This document shows positions 32,478 through 41,599 of a stretch of DNA of 64,000 bases, piece by piece (positions within the stretch are counted from its first letter, which is position 1; each line of letters begins with the position of its first letter). Source of the stretch: an uncultured Candidatus Peribacteria bacterium (lineage in GTDB: Bacteria; Patescibacteriota; Gracilibacteria; UBA4473); contig CAYFJZ010000006.1 in assembly GCA_964343715.1 (NCBI GenBank), forward strand, positions 96,425 to 160,424. Reading direction: 5' to 3'. The translations under genes were made by a program, and so were the position numbers. Below the pieces are notes generated by a model. It ran no database searches. It had not been told where the DNA came from and saw only the letters and a program-made list of their open reading frames with translations.

Positions 32478-33862
32478 TTAAAGCTCGGGTTCTTCACCTC
32501 CTGCCGCACAAACGTCCCCGCCGGAACCTCTTTTTCACACTTTATCGAGGCCACTTTATTGGTATTCCCTCCATGCAAAGTATCCACTTCTTCCTCGCCA
32601 AAACGCATACCCGCTGCTTCAATAGAAAAATCATCCTCCATTCGAGGCAGAACAAATTCAAGCATCGCCCCGGTCTCAATCCGATTCTTCACCTCTATTT
32701 CCACTCGCCCGTCCTTCCAGCCTGTCACCAGACCACAAAACTCCTTCTCACTAGTCGAACGATTGCCCTCGTACTGAATATCCCCCTCACGCGGTTTTCC
32801 GTTTAAAAACCCTGGGAAAAAACCTCGATTGGCCGTCGCCTGGATCTCTTTCCACAAACCCGGATCAAAATCTTTCCCGGCTTTTAGGTCATCCAGGGCT
32901 CGGCGATAAGCTCGCGCCACCGTGGCCAAATAATAAGCGGTTTTATTTCGGCCTTCTACCTTGAGCGAAACCACCCCCGTTTTTGCAATATCCGCCAGAT
33001 ACTCAATCATACACATATCCCGCGAACTCATAATATGCGTTCCATGAAAGTCCTCCTCAACAGGGATAATTTCCCCCTTTCTTGCTTCCTCCTCAATAAA
33101 AGCCGACTTTTCAAAATCACGAATCGAACGAGTTTTTTCTTCATTAAAGTTCGATTCGTCCGGTGAAGCTATGGAATTTTTTTTATTTAATGCGAAGACG
33201 GAGTCTTCCCTTGTTTTTGAACAGTGGTCCGACACATCCACCTTCCGCCCCTGCTCATCATACACCTGATAATTCCAACGGCAGCTGTGATTACAGATTC
33301 CACGATTGGCATCTCGCCCCGAGTTGAATGTGGAGAGCAGGCATCGCCCCGAATAAGCCATACAAACCGCTCCATGAATAAAGATTTCCAGCTCCATATC
33401 CGGAATCCATTCGTGTACCTTGGCTACCTCTTTGAGCGACATTTCTCTCGCCAAGATAACTCGACTCACTCCCAGCTCACGCCAGAATTCCAGCGCGGGG
33501 GCATTTACCGTCGAAGTCTGTACCGAAAGGTGTTTATCAATAGAGGGGGCGTGTTCTTTGGCCAGCTTTAACACCCCAAAATCCGCAAAAATAATCCCAT
33601 CGGGCTTCACCCGCTCCAAAAACTGTAAATGATCCACAAACAGCCGCATCATCGTTTGATGCGGGAAGGCATTCACCGTCACATAGACTTTTTTTCCCTG
33701 CTTCTGGGCATAAGGAATAATCTCGGCCATATCGTCTTCGGTGAAGGTATTCTCTTTCGTCCGCAGCGAAAACATACTACACCCACAATAAATCGCGTCG
33801 GCTCCGTACCGAAAAGCGGTATAGGCCTTTTGTAGGTCTCCAGCGGGCAGTAGTAATTCCAT
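32462..33862 (-). CDS. Peptidase U32 family protein
   Basis: MELLLPAGDL...GADAIYCG, EIFIHGAVCMAYSGRCLLS and the C-terminal U32 beta-barrel region match. Confidence 0.9.
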   Translation of the reverse strand: MELLLPAGDLQKAYTAFRYGADAIYCGCSMFSLRTKENTFTEDDMAEIIPYAQKQGKKVYVTVNAFPHQTMMRLFVDHLQFLERVKPDGIIFADFGVLKLAKEHAPSIDKHLSVQTSTVNAPALEFWRELGVSRVILAREMSLKEVAKVHEWIPDMELEIFIHGAVCMAYSGRCLLSTFNSGRDANRGICNHSCRWNYQVYDEQGRKVDVSDHCSKTREDSVFALNKKNSIASPDESNFNEEKTRSIRDFEKSAFIEEEARKGEIIPVEEDFHGTHIMSSRDMCMIEYLADIAKTGVVSLKVEGRNKTAYYLATVARAYRRALDDLKAGKDFDPGLWKEIQATANRGFFPGFLNGKPREGDIQYEGNRSTSEKEFCGLVTGWKDGRVEIEVKNRIETGAMLEFVLPRMEDDFSIEAAGMRFGEEEVDTLHGGNTNKVASIKCEKEVPAGTFVRQEVKNPSFKKSEE

Positions 33863-33948
33863 CTCTTCCGTTCTACCAATTTGAGCAAATCACGCAAGAA
33901 AAAGCCCGCCGTGATAAGTACGGCGGGGCTTTTTCCCCTTGGGGAGGG

Positions 33949-34317
33949 TTATTCTGCAGGCGCATAGCCTCTGCGCTTCAATTCATCCTGTATGTCTGGG
34001 GGATAAAGCGAGAAATAGACCCGGTTGTCAGCCAGGAGTGCTTCCTTTTGGGTGGTGAGATAGAGCTTTACATGGGATTGTCGGATAGGAAGCTCACTAA
34101 TTGTCACATCCATCGCAGCAAGATGACACTCATAGGGATTAAGCCTGGGATGACAATGCTCCTTGGATTTCTCAATCATTTGATAGACTTCGATCTTGGC
34201 TTTGGGGTTTTCTATAAATATTTCTATTACCAAAGAAGCGGTATAAAAAGCCACTCCCATGCCCAAGACAAAGCCAATAATCACGCCCTTAAAGAGAGTT
34301 AAAATTCGAAACGACAT
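33949..34317 (-). CDS. Hypothetical N-terminally anchored protein
   Basis: 122 aa with TM helix VIIGFVLGMGVAFYTASLVI. Confidence 0.5.
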   Translation of the reverse strand: MSFRILTLFKGVIIGFVLGMGVAFYTASLVIEIFIENPKAKIEVYQMIEKSKEHCHPRLNPYECHLAAMDVTISELPIRQSHVKLYLTTQKEALLADNRVYFSLYPPDIQDELKRRGYAPAE

Positions 34318-34504
34318 TTTTGGTACTCCTCACGGAAACAACAACAAGGGGAAGCCGACTTCGACCACCCCCAAGAGTTTTTGGATAGACGGTACAAAAG
34401 CAGCTGACCTTGTTATACGAAACAATGTAAAAGAGCGAGGAATCACTAACGCTAAATATAAATACGATAAAGGTAAAAAGAACGCAAGGGTGTTTGTACG
34501 AAAA

Positions 34505-34539
34505 ACTCCTTGTTCTCTACTCTCTACTCTCTACTCTCC
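34505..34539 (+). repeat. CTACTCCTTGTTCT-type motif overlapping the ECF sigma 3' end
   Basis: ACTCCTTGTTCTCTACTCTCTACTCTCTACTCTCC. Its complement supplies the last two codons (GGAGAG, Gly-Glu) and the stop TAG. Confidence 0.7.
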
Positions 34540-35109
34540 TCCCTCCCCCCATCGTTCACGAATAGCCCTCAACGCTCGCAGCTGAATAATCCGAACATTT
34601 CCTTCTGATTTTTCAACCACATGAGCTGTTTCGGCAACAGAAAGACCTTCTAGGTATCGAAGCTCCAAAACCGTTCGCTGAAGTGCGGGAAGATCCGCCA
34701 AAATAGTATGGAGTTTTTCAGTGTTTAACTGCAGATTTGCACTTTCGTCCGGAGTAGGACGATCTTCATCTGGAATCTGCGTAAAAAAAGCACCTTCTTC
34801 TTCGTCTAGCCCCAAGAAGTCCTTTTTTCTTCGATAAAAATCGATAATCGTATTATTCGCAATACGAAACAGCCAGGCCGAAAAATGAGCGTTTTTGCGA
34901 GGCGAATATCGTTCAAAGTGATCTACCACCTTCAGAAATATTTGCGCTGTCAGATCAGCCGCTTCCTGGTTTTCGACCCGAAAAGACACATGACGATGAA
35001 CTTTTGGATGAAAGTAGTCAAAAATCTGAGCGAAACTATCTTCATCACCCTTCTGAGCCTTGGCCACTAAGCATTCAATGGCCTGAGAAGAAAGCGTACA
35101 AGGAACCAT
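34531..35109 (-). CDS. ECF-type sigma-70 family RNA polymerase sigma factor
   Basis: Region 2 (ADLTAQIFLKVVDHFERY, FSAWLFRIANNTIIDFYRRK) and region 4 (LPALQRTVLELRYLEGLSVAETAHVV). Confidence 0.88.
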   Translation of the reverse strand: MVPCTLSSQAIECLVAKAQKGDEDSFAQIFDYFHPKVHRHVSFRVENQEAADLTAQIFLKVVDHFERYSPRKNAHFSAWLFRIANNTIIDFYRRKKDFLGLDEEEGAFFTQIPDEDRPTPDESANLQLNTEKLHTILADLPALQRTVLELRYLEGLSVAETAHVVEKSEGNVRIIQLRALRAIRERWGEGGE

Positions 35110-35223
35110 GAATCAATTGTAACCAAAGCGGCTTTGGATGGAAACCCCCAGAACAGAAAGGGAAAAAGAGTTGAACGTTTGATTTCAGTTCGTAATATCA
35201 AGTCGATTTCTAACACCGAAAAA

Positions 35224-35520
35224 ATGAAAAACAATACGATCGCTAAAGTTATTATGGGGGTTCTCGCATTTTTAGTAGTGGCGGGAGGAAGCGCTTATGG
35301 AGCGGCTTATTTTTATTTTGCTCCGATGGCCTTCGAAGCCGGAATGCAGCAAGGGGCCGCAGCCATGATCACCGAAATTGTGGGGCGAACTATCGACACG
35401 GAAAAATGTGAACCCATCAATCTCTACTCAGGAGAAGCTAAGGTCGACTTGCTCAACGTAAAATGTATCAACCAACAAGAAGGAGTTGAAAACACCGTTG
35501 AGGAGCTAAGTGCGGAATAA
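35224..35520 (+). CDS. Hypothetical N-terminally anchored protein
   Basis: 98 aa from the ATG at 35224 with TM helix VIMGVLAFLVVAGGSAYGAAYFYF. Confidence 0.5.
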   Translation: MKNNTIAKVIMGVLAFLVVAGGSAYGAAYFYFAPMAFEAGMQQGAAAMITEIVGRTIDTEKCEPINLYSGEAKVDLLNVKCINQQEGVENTVEELSAE

Positions 35521-35539
35521 AGAAGTACTAAGGCCTAGA

Positions 35540-35586
35540 CACTCTACTCTTTGTTCTTAACTTTTTACTCCCTTTACTCGTCTTCT
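35540..35586 (+). repeat. CTACTCTTTGTTCT-type motif overlapping the nrnA 3' end
   Basis: ACACTCTACTCTTTGTTCTTAACTTTTTACTCCCTTTACTCGTCTTC. Confidence 0.7.
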
Positions 35587-36557
35587 ACAATCTTCCAGGT
35601 TACTTCCTTTTCGAGGTGTCCATGAGGAAAGGTAAATCCAGAAGCTTTTACGTGCCCGCCTCCGCCATACTGTTCGGCGAGCGCCTTAACATCCACATCG
35701 GGTTTTCGGGTTCGGAAGCTGGCTTTTACGTTTCCTTTTTCGTCTTCAGAAAGCACCACCGCATATTGGGCTTCGGGAACAGAATTAATGAAGTCGATAA
35801 CGCCTTCCAGGTCCGTTCTTTTGGCGCCTAAAGATTCGTAGTCTTCCCGGCTTACCCCCACAATAGCGGCTCCTTCGGGTGAAATATGCAGGTTTTTCAG
35901 TACTTTTCCCCACAATTTAAGGGTTTTAAGGTCATAAGAATTAAAGACGTTCTGCGCAATTTTGGTCACATTTGCGCCCAGTTTTACTAGTTCAGATGAG
36001 GTGTAGTAAATATCAGGGGTGGTGTTTTGGTGCATAAAACTTCCCGTATCGGTATAAATCCCCAAAAGGAGGGCCGTAGCAATATGAGGGGTGATTTCTA
36101 GATTTAGCTTTTGCAGGATTCGAAACACGATCTCGGTCGAAGAGCTCGCATTTTCGATCACAAAGTTAATGTCTCCAAAATGATCATTAGAAGAATGATG
36201 ATCAATATTGATTTTAGTCATTTCCGAAGACAAAATTCGAGGTTTGGTTTCCTGAAATCTGGCCATCCGTTTGTCTCCACAATCGACAAAAATCACGCCG
36301 TCATAAGCCCGTTCGTCAAAATCATTCACAACATTTTCCCAGCCCGGAACAAAATGCAGTTTTTCGGGAATGGGATCTACGCACGCGATGGAAATATCGT
36401 GACCGGCTTGCTTGAGGGCCAAATAGATCGACAAAGCCCCTCCATAGGTGTCACCATCAGGGTTCCCATGAGCCAGCACGACCATTCGAGGCTTCAGCGC
36501 CAGAAACGATCGAAGTTGCTCGAGGGTATGAGAAGGAATAGGGATTTCGTGGGGCAT
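35574..36557 (-). CDS. nrnA: DHH/DHHA1 phosphoesterase (NrnA-like oligoribonuclease/pAp phosphatase)
   Basis: HGNPDGDTYGGA, VDCGD, NIDHHSSN and the DHHA1 GGGGH motif. Confidence 0.88.
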   Translation of the reverse strand: MPHEIPIPSHTLEQLRSFLALKPRMVVLAHGNPDGDTYGGALSIYLALKQAGHDISIACVDPIPEKLHFVPGWENVVNDFDERAYDGVIFVDCGDKRMARFQETKPRILSSEMTKINIDHHSSNDHFGDINFVIENASSSTEIVFRILQKLNLEITPHIATALLLGIYTDTGSFMHQNTTPDIYYTSSELVKLGANVTKIAQNVFNSYDLKTLKLWGKVLKNLHISPEGAAIVGVSREDYESLGAKRTDLEGVIDFINSVPEAQYAVVLSEDEKGNVKASFRTRKPDVDVKALAEQYGGGGHVKASGFTFPHGHLEKEVTWKIVEDE

Positions 36558-36683
36558 GAAAATTTGATGTAAGGAGTATAATACGATAAAAAATTGAATT
36601 TGTCAAATATTATCACTCTTTTTCAAGACTTCTTTGTACCCTATTTGGTTGCCGTGTCAAAACCAAAACGTTATTTTTTCTCC

Positions 36684-37415
36684 ATGACAAAATACTTTGC
36701 CATCCTCAACATCACCCCCGATTCATTTTCCGACGGGGGAAAGTATATTAAAACCGAAGACGCCCTCCGTCAGGCCGAGCATTTAATGGCGCAGGGGGCC
36801 GACTTCTTAGATGTAGGAGGGGAGAGCACCCGCCCAGGCGCAGAAACCATTTTGCCATCAGAGGAATGGAAACGGGTAGAGTCTGTACTAAAGGTATTAC
36901 TCGAAAAATATCCCAAACGAATATCGCTCGACACTCGAAATCCAGAAACGGCTCAGCGCTTTCTCGAAATAGGAGGAACCATCCTCAATGATGTGTCGGG
37001 GTTTCAGGATCCCAAAATGAGGGAACTGGCAGCTCAATATCAACCACTTTGTATCATTAATCATTTCCCCGGCCGCTCTATCGAAGAAGTTCACACCCAT
37101 CAAATTGATTCGGTTCAGCGCATCAAAGAAGACCTGCTCAAACGCCGAGAAGCGCTGGTTTCTGCGGGGGTATTACCAAGTAATATTATTCTGGATCCGG
37201 GTATAGGATTTGGAAAAACGATGGCGTGTAACGCCCGATTACTCGAATTTGCCAGAGAAGTCCCCGAAGAAAAAGTCCTCATCGGACACAGCCGAAAGCG
37301 GTTTTTAGGCGAAAATCGATTTGATCCGGACGTAAATCAAAAAGCCGCCGAAAAAGCAATACAGGCTGGGGCGGCGTATTTGAGGGTGCATGAGGTTAAC
37401 GGGTCCTCAAATTAG
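36684..37415 (+). CDS. folP: Dihydropteroate synthase
   Basis: ILNITPDSFSDGG, DVGGESTRPG, ISLDT, NDVSG and DPGIGFGK. ATG at 36684. Confidence 0.92.
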   Translation: MTKYFAILNITPDSFSDGGKYIKTEDALRQAEHLMAQGADFLDVGGESTRPGAETILPSEEWKRVESVLKVLLEKYPKRISLDTRNPETAQRFLEIGGTILNDVSGFQDPKMRELAAQYQPLCIINHFPGRSIEEVHTHQIDSVQRIKEDLLKRREALVSAGVLPSNIILDPGIGFGKTMACNARLLEFAREVPEEKVLIGHSRKRFLGENRFDPDVNQKAAEKAIQAGAAYLRVHEVNGSSN

Positions 37416-37494
37416 AGGCGAGGTCTGCAACCTCGCCCCTTCCAGGAAACACCAGATCAGCCAGGTTTAACTCAGCTGAACATGATCATCGGTT

Positions 37495-37857
37495 TTAAAA
37501 AAGGTGGCAGCTAGGGATGTGAATAGGTTTAGGAGGCCGTGGGGGGCGTTTTAGGCGGCCTTCCACACGAACAGAATCCTCACAAAAACAACTCAGGTGG
37601 AGAATCCCTTCCGAAGTAGAGAGTTCTCCAGGGCCTGTCATTTGCCCAAGCTCGGTTCCTCCATCAATGTAAGAGCCTCTGAGACAACCCCCCGCTGGAG
37701 AGCCTCCTTTGTATAATATAAAAGTGAGCACAGGAAGAGGGATCGTGCCGGGACCATGCGGTGTGATTTTGCCAAAGAGAACACAATACCCCTCCCAGAG
37801 TCCATAGGCTCCAGGAGTAATTGTTCTCGTAATTCTAATGTATTTCGAAGCTGGCAT
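37495..37857 (-). CDS. Hypothetical Cys/Gly/Pro-rich protein
   Basis: 120-aa ORF with AAAGGAG 10 nt upstream of the ATG. No recognisable domain. Confidence 0.45.
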   Translation of the reverse strand: MPASKYIRITRTITPGAYGLWEGYCVLFGKITPHGPGTIPLPVLTFILYKGGSPAGGCLRGSYIDGGTELGQMTGPGELSTSEGILHLSCFCEDSVRVEGRLKRPPRPPKPIHIPSCHLF

Positions 37858-38094
37858 AACAGAAGTGCTCCTTTCTCAAATGTAAGTTGCAACCGATAAG
37901 ATCAAAACAGGAAGGAGGAAAATCTATCAAGAAATAATCCTTCACTGAGCACGTGTATAGTGACTATGAAAAATTAAGTCAAGGGGAGAGAGTGAGGAAG
38001 GACTCCGACTCCAAAACGATTCAATCTCGAATTTGGATCTGATTCAAATCTTTCTAGAAGTCTCAACTCCCAAAAAGGCCGTTTAAAAAACAGC

Positions 38095-38117
38095 GAAGCA
38101 GGGAACAGCCCTGCTCC
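38095..38117. repeat. REP-like hairpin GAAGCAGGGAACAGCCCTGCTCC
   Basis: Same stem as the other REP copies with a variant loop. Lies downstream of the DAHP synthase gene. Confidence 0.75.
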
Positions 38118-38133
38118 GGATTCCTTAGTAAAA

Positions 38134-38170
38134 AATTGATTATTGCTAATTACTAATTGTTAATTGTTCC
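38134..38170 (+). repeat. TAATTGTTAATTG-type motif overlapping the DAHP synthase 3' end
   Basis: Contains ATTGCTAATTACTAATTGTTAATTG, identical over 25 nt to 52179-52203. Its complement encodes ...LTISN plus the stop TAG. Confidence 0.8.
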
Positions 38171-39201
38171 GCCAGCCCCAATATCATTTCCTCTGTCTTT
38201 TCCATTCCCACGCATCCATCCGTTACCGAAAGACCGGGAGTGAGTTCAGAAGCCGAAGAAGCGTTGTTCAGGCTCTGGTTGCCATCCAAAAGGAAACTTT
38301 CCACCATAAATCCCTTCGTTGCTGCCATGAGCTCGGGATCAGATTTCATAGAACCCAGTACTTCTTCTAAAACGATCGATTGTCTGAGCGGATCTTTTTT
38401 GCCCGTGGCTGGATCAATACAGTTTTCATGCGAAAGGTCCATCACGACGGCCGGATTTTGGATATTTTTTGCCTTCATCAGCTCCACCGCTCGACGCATA
38501 TGTTCGGTATCGTAGTTTGGTCGTCCACTTCCTCCGCGCAAAATCAAATGCGCAAAAGGGTTCCCACTCGTTCTCATCTGACGTCCATGAAGCGCATAAA
38601 CGTGTGAATGTTGGGCGGCAATAACAGAATTAATCGCTACGGGAATATTCCCTGAAGTTGGATTTTTTAGTCCCACAGGATGGGGGATCATCGAAGCAAA
38701 AATACGGTGTTCCTGGTCTTCGGCCGATCGAGCCCCAATAGCAATCCAAGAAATCAGATCCACAAAGTAGCCATCGTTGTGGGTAAAAAGCGCTTCATCG
38801 GCAATAGGAAGCCCAATTCCCAGGACATCCAACATCATTTTTCGGCAGTAGTAAATACCTGCCTCCAAATCAGGTTCTCCATAAGGATCCGGTTGGCTCA
38901 ATGGTCCTGTCCAGCCCACGGTGGTCCGAGGTTTTTGAGTATAAATCCTCATAATAACCTTGAGCTTGTCCTTTACCTGGTCGGCCACGGGTTTGAGCTT
39001 TTTGGCATACTCAATGACCGAAGTGTCAGGCCAGGCCGAACACGGCCCAATTATGAGCAGTTTACGATCATCAGCGCCCTTCAAGATGTCATACACCTCT
39101 CCACGGTCACGCTCGACATTTTTTTTGAGCGCTTCGGTGAGGGGAAGTTTAGATTTCACATCCTTAGGATGCGGCAGGACCTTTTCAACGATATGGGACA
39201 T
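38146..39201 (-). CDS. aroG: 3-deoxy-7-phosphoheptulonate (DAHP) synthase, class I
   Basis: KLLIIGPCSAWPD, MRIYTQKPRTTVGWTG, IGARSAEDQEHR and VMDLSHENC parallel the E. coli AroG/F/H motifs. Confidence 0.88.
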   Translation of the reverse strand: MSHIVEKVLPHPKDVKSKLPLTEALKKNVERDRGEVYDILKGADDRKLLIIGPCSAWPDTSVIEYAKKLKPVADQVKDKLKVIMRIYTQKPRTTVGWTGPLSQPDPYGEPDLEAGIYYCRKMMLDVLGIGLPIADEALFTHNDGYFVDLISWIAIGARSAEDQEHRIFASMIPHPVGLKNPTSGNIPVAINSVIAAQHSHVYALHGRQMRTSGNPFAHLILRGGSGRPNYDTEHMRRAVELMKAKNIQNPAVVMDLSHENCIDPATGKKDPLRQSIVLEEVLGSMKSDPELMAATKGFMVESFLLDGNQSLNNASSASELTPGLSVTDGCVGMEKTEEMILGLAEQLTISN

Positions 39202-39493
39202 GGCGGCAGGGATTAAAAAGTAGAACCGGTAGGGTTCGACCTAAGTGTCGAACCTGAGATCAAATAAAAAAGCCCTTTTCCGGGGCCCTTAGATCATTTG
39301 TTTTGTGCAAAATAAAGGCTCCTCCGGGACTATTCAGCCCAGAAATAAGTTCCAATAAAGAAAAAACGGAATGCTTTCATTTGCGCCCCCAGTATAAAAC
39401 GGAACTAAGAAAAGAGTCAAAATTATTCCCCATCCCCTGATTGACGAGCTATACAAAACTCCAACATCTACTACAATCTCTCCGAAATAAAAG

Positions 39494-39521
39494 TGTGAAT
39501 TACTAATTGTTAATTATTTTT
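39494..39521 (+). repeat. TAATTGTTAATTG-type motif
   Basis: GTGAATTACTAATTGTTAATTATTTTTT ends 5 nt before the aspS ATG. Confidence 0.75.
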
Positions 39522-39525
39522 TGTC

Positions 39526-41322
39526 ATGCTCCGTACCCACACCTGCAACGACCTTACCGCTCAAAACGAAAACGAAAGCACGACCCTTTGTGGTTGGGTT
39601 CACCGAAGAAGAGACCACGGGGGGATTATCTTTATCGACCTGCGAGATCAACACGGGCTAACCCAGATTGTTTTTGATCCCGAGGTCGATGCCACCGCTC
39701 ATCAGGCCGCCGAACAAATTCGACCCGAATGGGCCATTCAGGTGAGTGGGACCGTGAAAAAAAGACAAGAAGGGGCCACCAATGCCAATCTCAATACGGG
39801 GGAAATCGAAGTTTTTATCAATCAGGTACAGATCTTTAACAAGGCCAAAACGCCGCCTTTTGAAATCGACGTCGAAAAAGACATTCGCGAAGATCTTCGT
39901 CTGGAATACCGATATTTAGATATGCGAAAAGAACGCCTGCAAAAAAACCTGCGCCTTCGTCACCAGATGGGACAGGCCATTCGGGCGTACTTTGATCAGG
40001 AAGGATTTCTCGACATCGAAACCCCGATCCTGGTAAAAGGAACTCCCGAGGGAAGTCGAGAATACCTCGTTCCCAACCGGATGCATCCCGGGCAGTTTTA
40101 TGTTTTGCCCCAGTCTCCTCAGCAGCTCAAACAGCTCCTCATGGTAGGAGGAATCGACAAATATTTTCAAATCGCCCGCTGTTTTCGAGACGAAGACCTC
40201 AGAGGTGATCGACAGCCCGAGTTCACCCAGTTTGAAATCGAAATGGCTTTCTGCGAAGAAGAAGATGTGATCAACGTCATCGAACGCTGTTTTTATACCC
40301 TCACCGAAAAATGTGCCCCTCAAAAAGAGTGGAAAAAATACCTGGTTGATGGGAAATTTCGACGTATGACGTGGCGACACGCCATGGAAACCTACGGATC
40401 AGACAAACCCGATCTGCGGTTTGATATGCCCATGGTAGATGTTTCAGACGTCTTCGAAAAATCTGAATTCGTGGTTTTTGCCGGCGCGCTCAAAAAAGGC
40501 GGCGTGGTGAAATGCCTGAGAGTAGAAGGCGGATCGACGCTGTCTCGAAAAGAAATCGACGATCTGACCGAACTAGCCAAAACCCACGGAGCCAAAGGTT
40601 TGGCCTATATCTTGTTCGACGCTGAAACCGGCGAAAAAAAGTCCCCTATCCTCAAGTTTTTCAGCGACGAAGAAATCGAATCTCTCCTGCAAAAAACCGG
40701 GGTGGGCAAAGGCGACGCCCTCTTTTTTGGAGCGGATGAATTCATCACCGCGTGTGAAAGCCTGGGAGCGGTTCGTAAAGCGCTAGGAAAAAAGCTAGAA
40801 CTCATTGATCCCAACGATTTTGCCTACTGCTGGGTCACAGAATTTCCGATGTTTGAGATCAAAGAAGACGGCACCATTCAGGCCGCCCACCATCCGTTTA
40901 CGATGCCCCACAAAGACGACCTGCACCTTTTAAATTCAAAAGAAGAAAAAGACCTCCTCGCCATCCGATCTTATGCCTACGACATCGTGCTCAATGGCGA
41001 AGAAATCGGAGGAGGATCCATTCGAATCCACGATCAAGAGCTGCAGCACAAGATTTTTGAGGTTTTTGGCATGAACGAGGACGAAATTCAGATGAAATTC
41101 GGCCACATGCTTAAAGCCTTCCAGTACGGATGCCCCCCACACGGAGGTTGTGCCATGGGATATGACCGCGTGGTAATGCTCTTTGCCGACGAGCCCAACA
41201 TCCGAGAAGTCATCGCCTTCCCCAAAAACCAATCCGGCCAAGACCTCATGCTCGGCGCTCCCTCTCCCATGCCCGAAAAAGAAGTTCGCGAACAGAACAT
41301 CCAGGTTGTAGAAGAACTTTAA
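39526..41322 (+). CDS. aspS: Aspartate--tRNA ligase (bacterial type)
   Basis: 598 aa with OB anticodon domain, class II motifs (FRDEDLRGDRQPEFTQ, GGGSIRIH, GCAMGYDR) and the GAD insertion. Confidence 0.97.
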   Translation: MLRTHTCNDLTAQNENESTTLCGWVHRRRDHGGIIFIDLRDQHGLTQIVFDPEVDATAHQAAEQIRPEWAIQVSGTVKKRQEGATNANLNTGEIEVFINQVQIFNKAKTPPFEIDVEKDIREDLRLEYRYLDMRKERLQKNLRLRHQMGQAIRAYFDQEGFLDIETPILVKGTPEGSREYLVPNRMHPGQFYVLPQSPQQLKQLLMVGGIDKYFQIARCFRDEDLRGDRQPEFTQFEIEMAFCEEEDVINVIERCFYTLTEKCAPQKEWKKYLVDGKFRRMTWRHAMETYGSDKPDLRFDMPMVDVSDVFEKSEFVVFAGALKKGGVVKCLRVEGGSTLSRKEIDDLTELAKTHGAKGLAYILFDAETGEKKSPILKFFSDEEIESLLQKTGVGKGDALFFGADEFITACESLGAVRKALGKKLELIDPNDFAYCWVTEFPMFEIKEDGTIQAAHHPFTMPHKDDLHLLNSKEEKDLLAIRSYAYDIVLNGEEIGGGSIRIHDQELQHKIFEVFGMNEDEIQMKFGHMLKAFQYGCPPHGGCAMGYDRVVMLFADEPNIREVIAFPKNQSGQDLMLGAPSPMPEKEVREQNIQVVEEL

Positions 41323-41599
41323 TAAGTAATTTGAGAGGGGAGAAGTGTTTGACAAAGGCACAAAAAGAAAGTAGTAAAGCACAGCAAATAGATCGACCAG
41401 GTCTTTCTCATTTGCGCTGTTCTTTTTCAGTCCATACCACACATCAAAAAAAGGCGCACAAGTGGCTAATAATAGGTTTCGCTGATTTAGGTCAGACGGA
41501 ATCTTTCGTTAGCCATTTGTCATTCACCTCAGCAATGTTTTTTACAAGACCCCTGAACTACAGAGTCAGAAACAGAACGAAGAGAAAGGAATCAGAATC

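Noticed and set aside
1341-36683. N-terminal extensions implied by the longest ORFs (e.g. 1341, 2744, 8617, 11943, 12640, 13161, 14871, 29957, 32174, 35134, 36594, 52130)
   Set aside because: The extensions mostly begin at TTG/GTG, encode non-conserved sequence, and overlap neighbouring genes or run through intergenic repeat motifs. Internal ATGs restore the canonical family N-termini (GreA, Lgt, FolP, FolE, RelE). The shorter coordinates were reported, and the start positions remain predictions.
39228-39251. A possible tRNA T-arm (GGTTCGAC ... GTCGAACC), and tRNA/rRNA genes in general
   Set aside because: It is a simple 8-bp hairpin with no acceptor, D or anticodon arms around it. I found no GTTCGAATC/GGTTCGA-type T-loop in a cloverleaf context and no rRNA-like stretch anywhere by eye. 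A tRNAscan/Infernal run would be needed to be certain.
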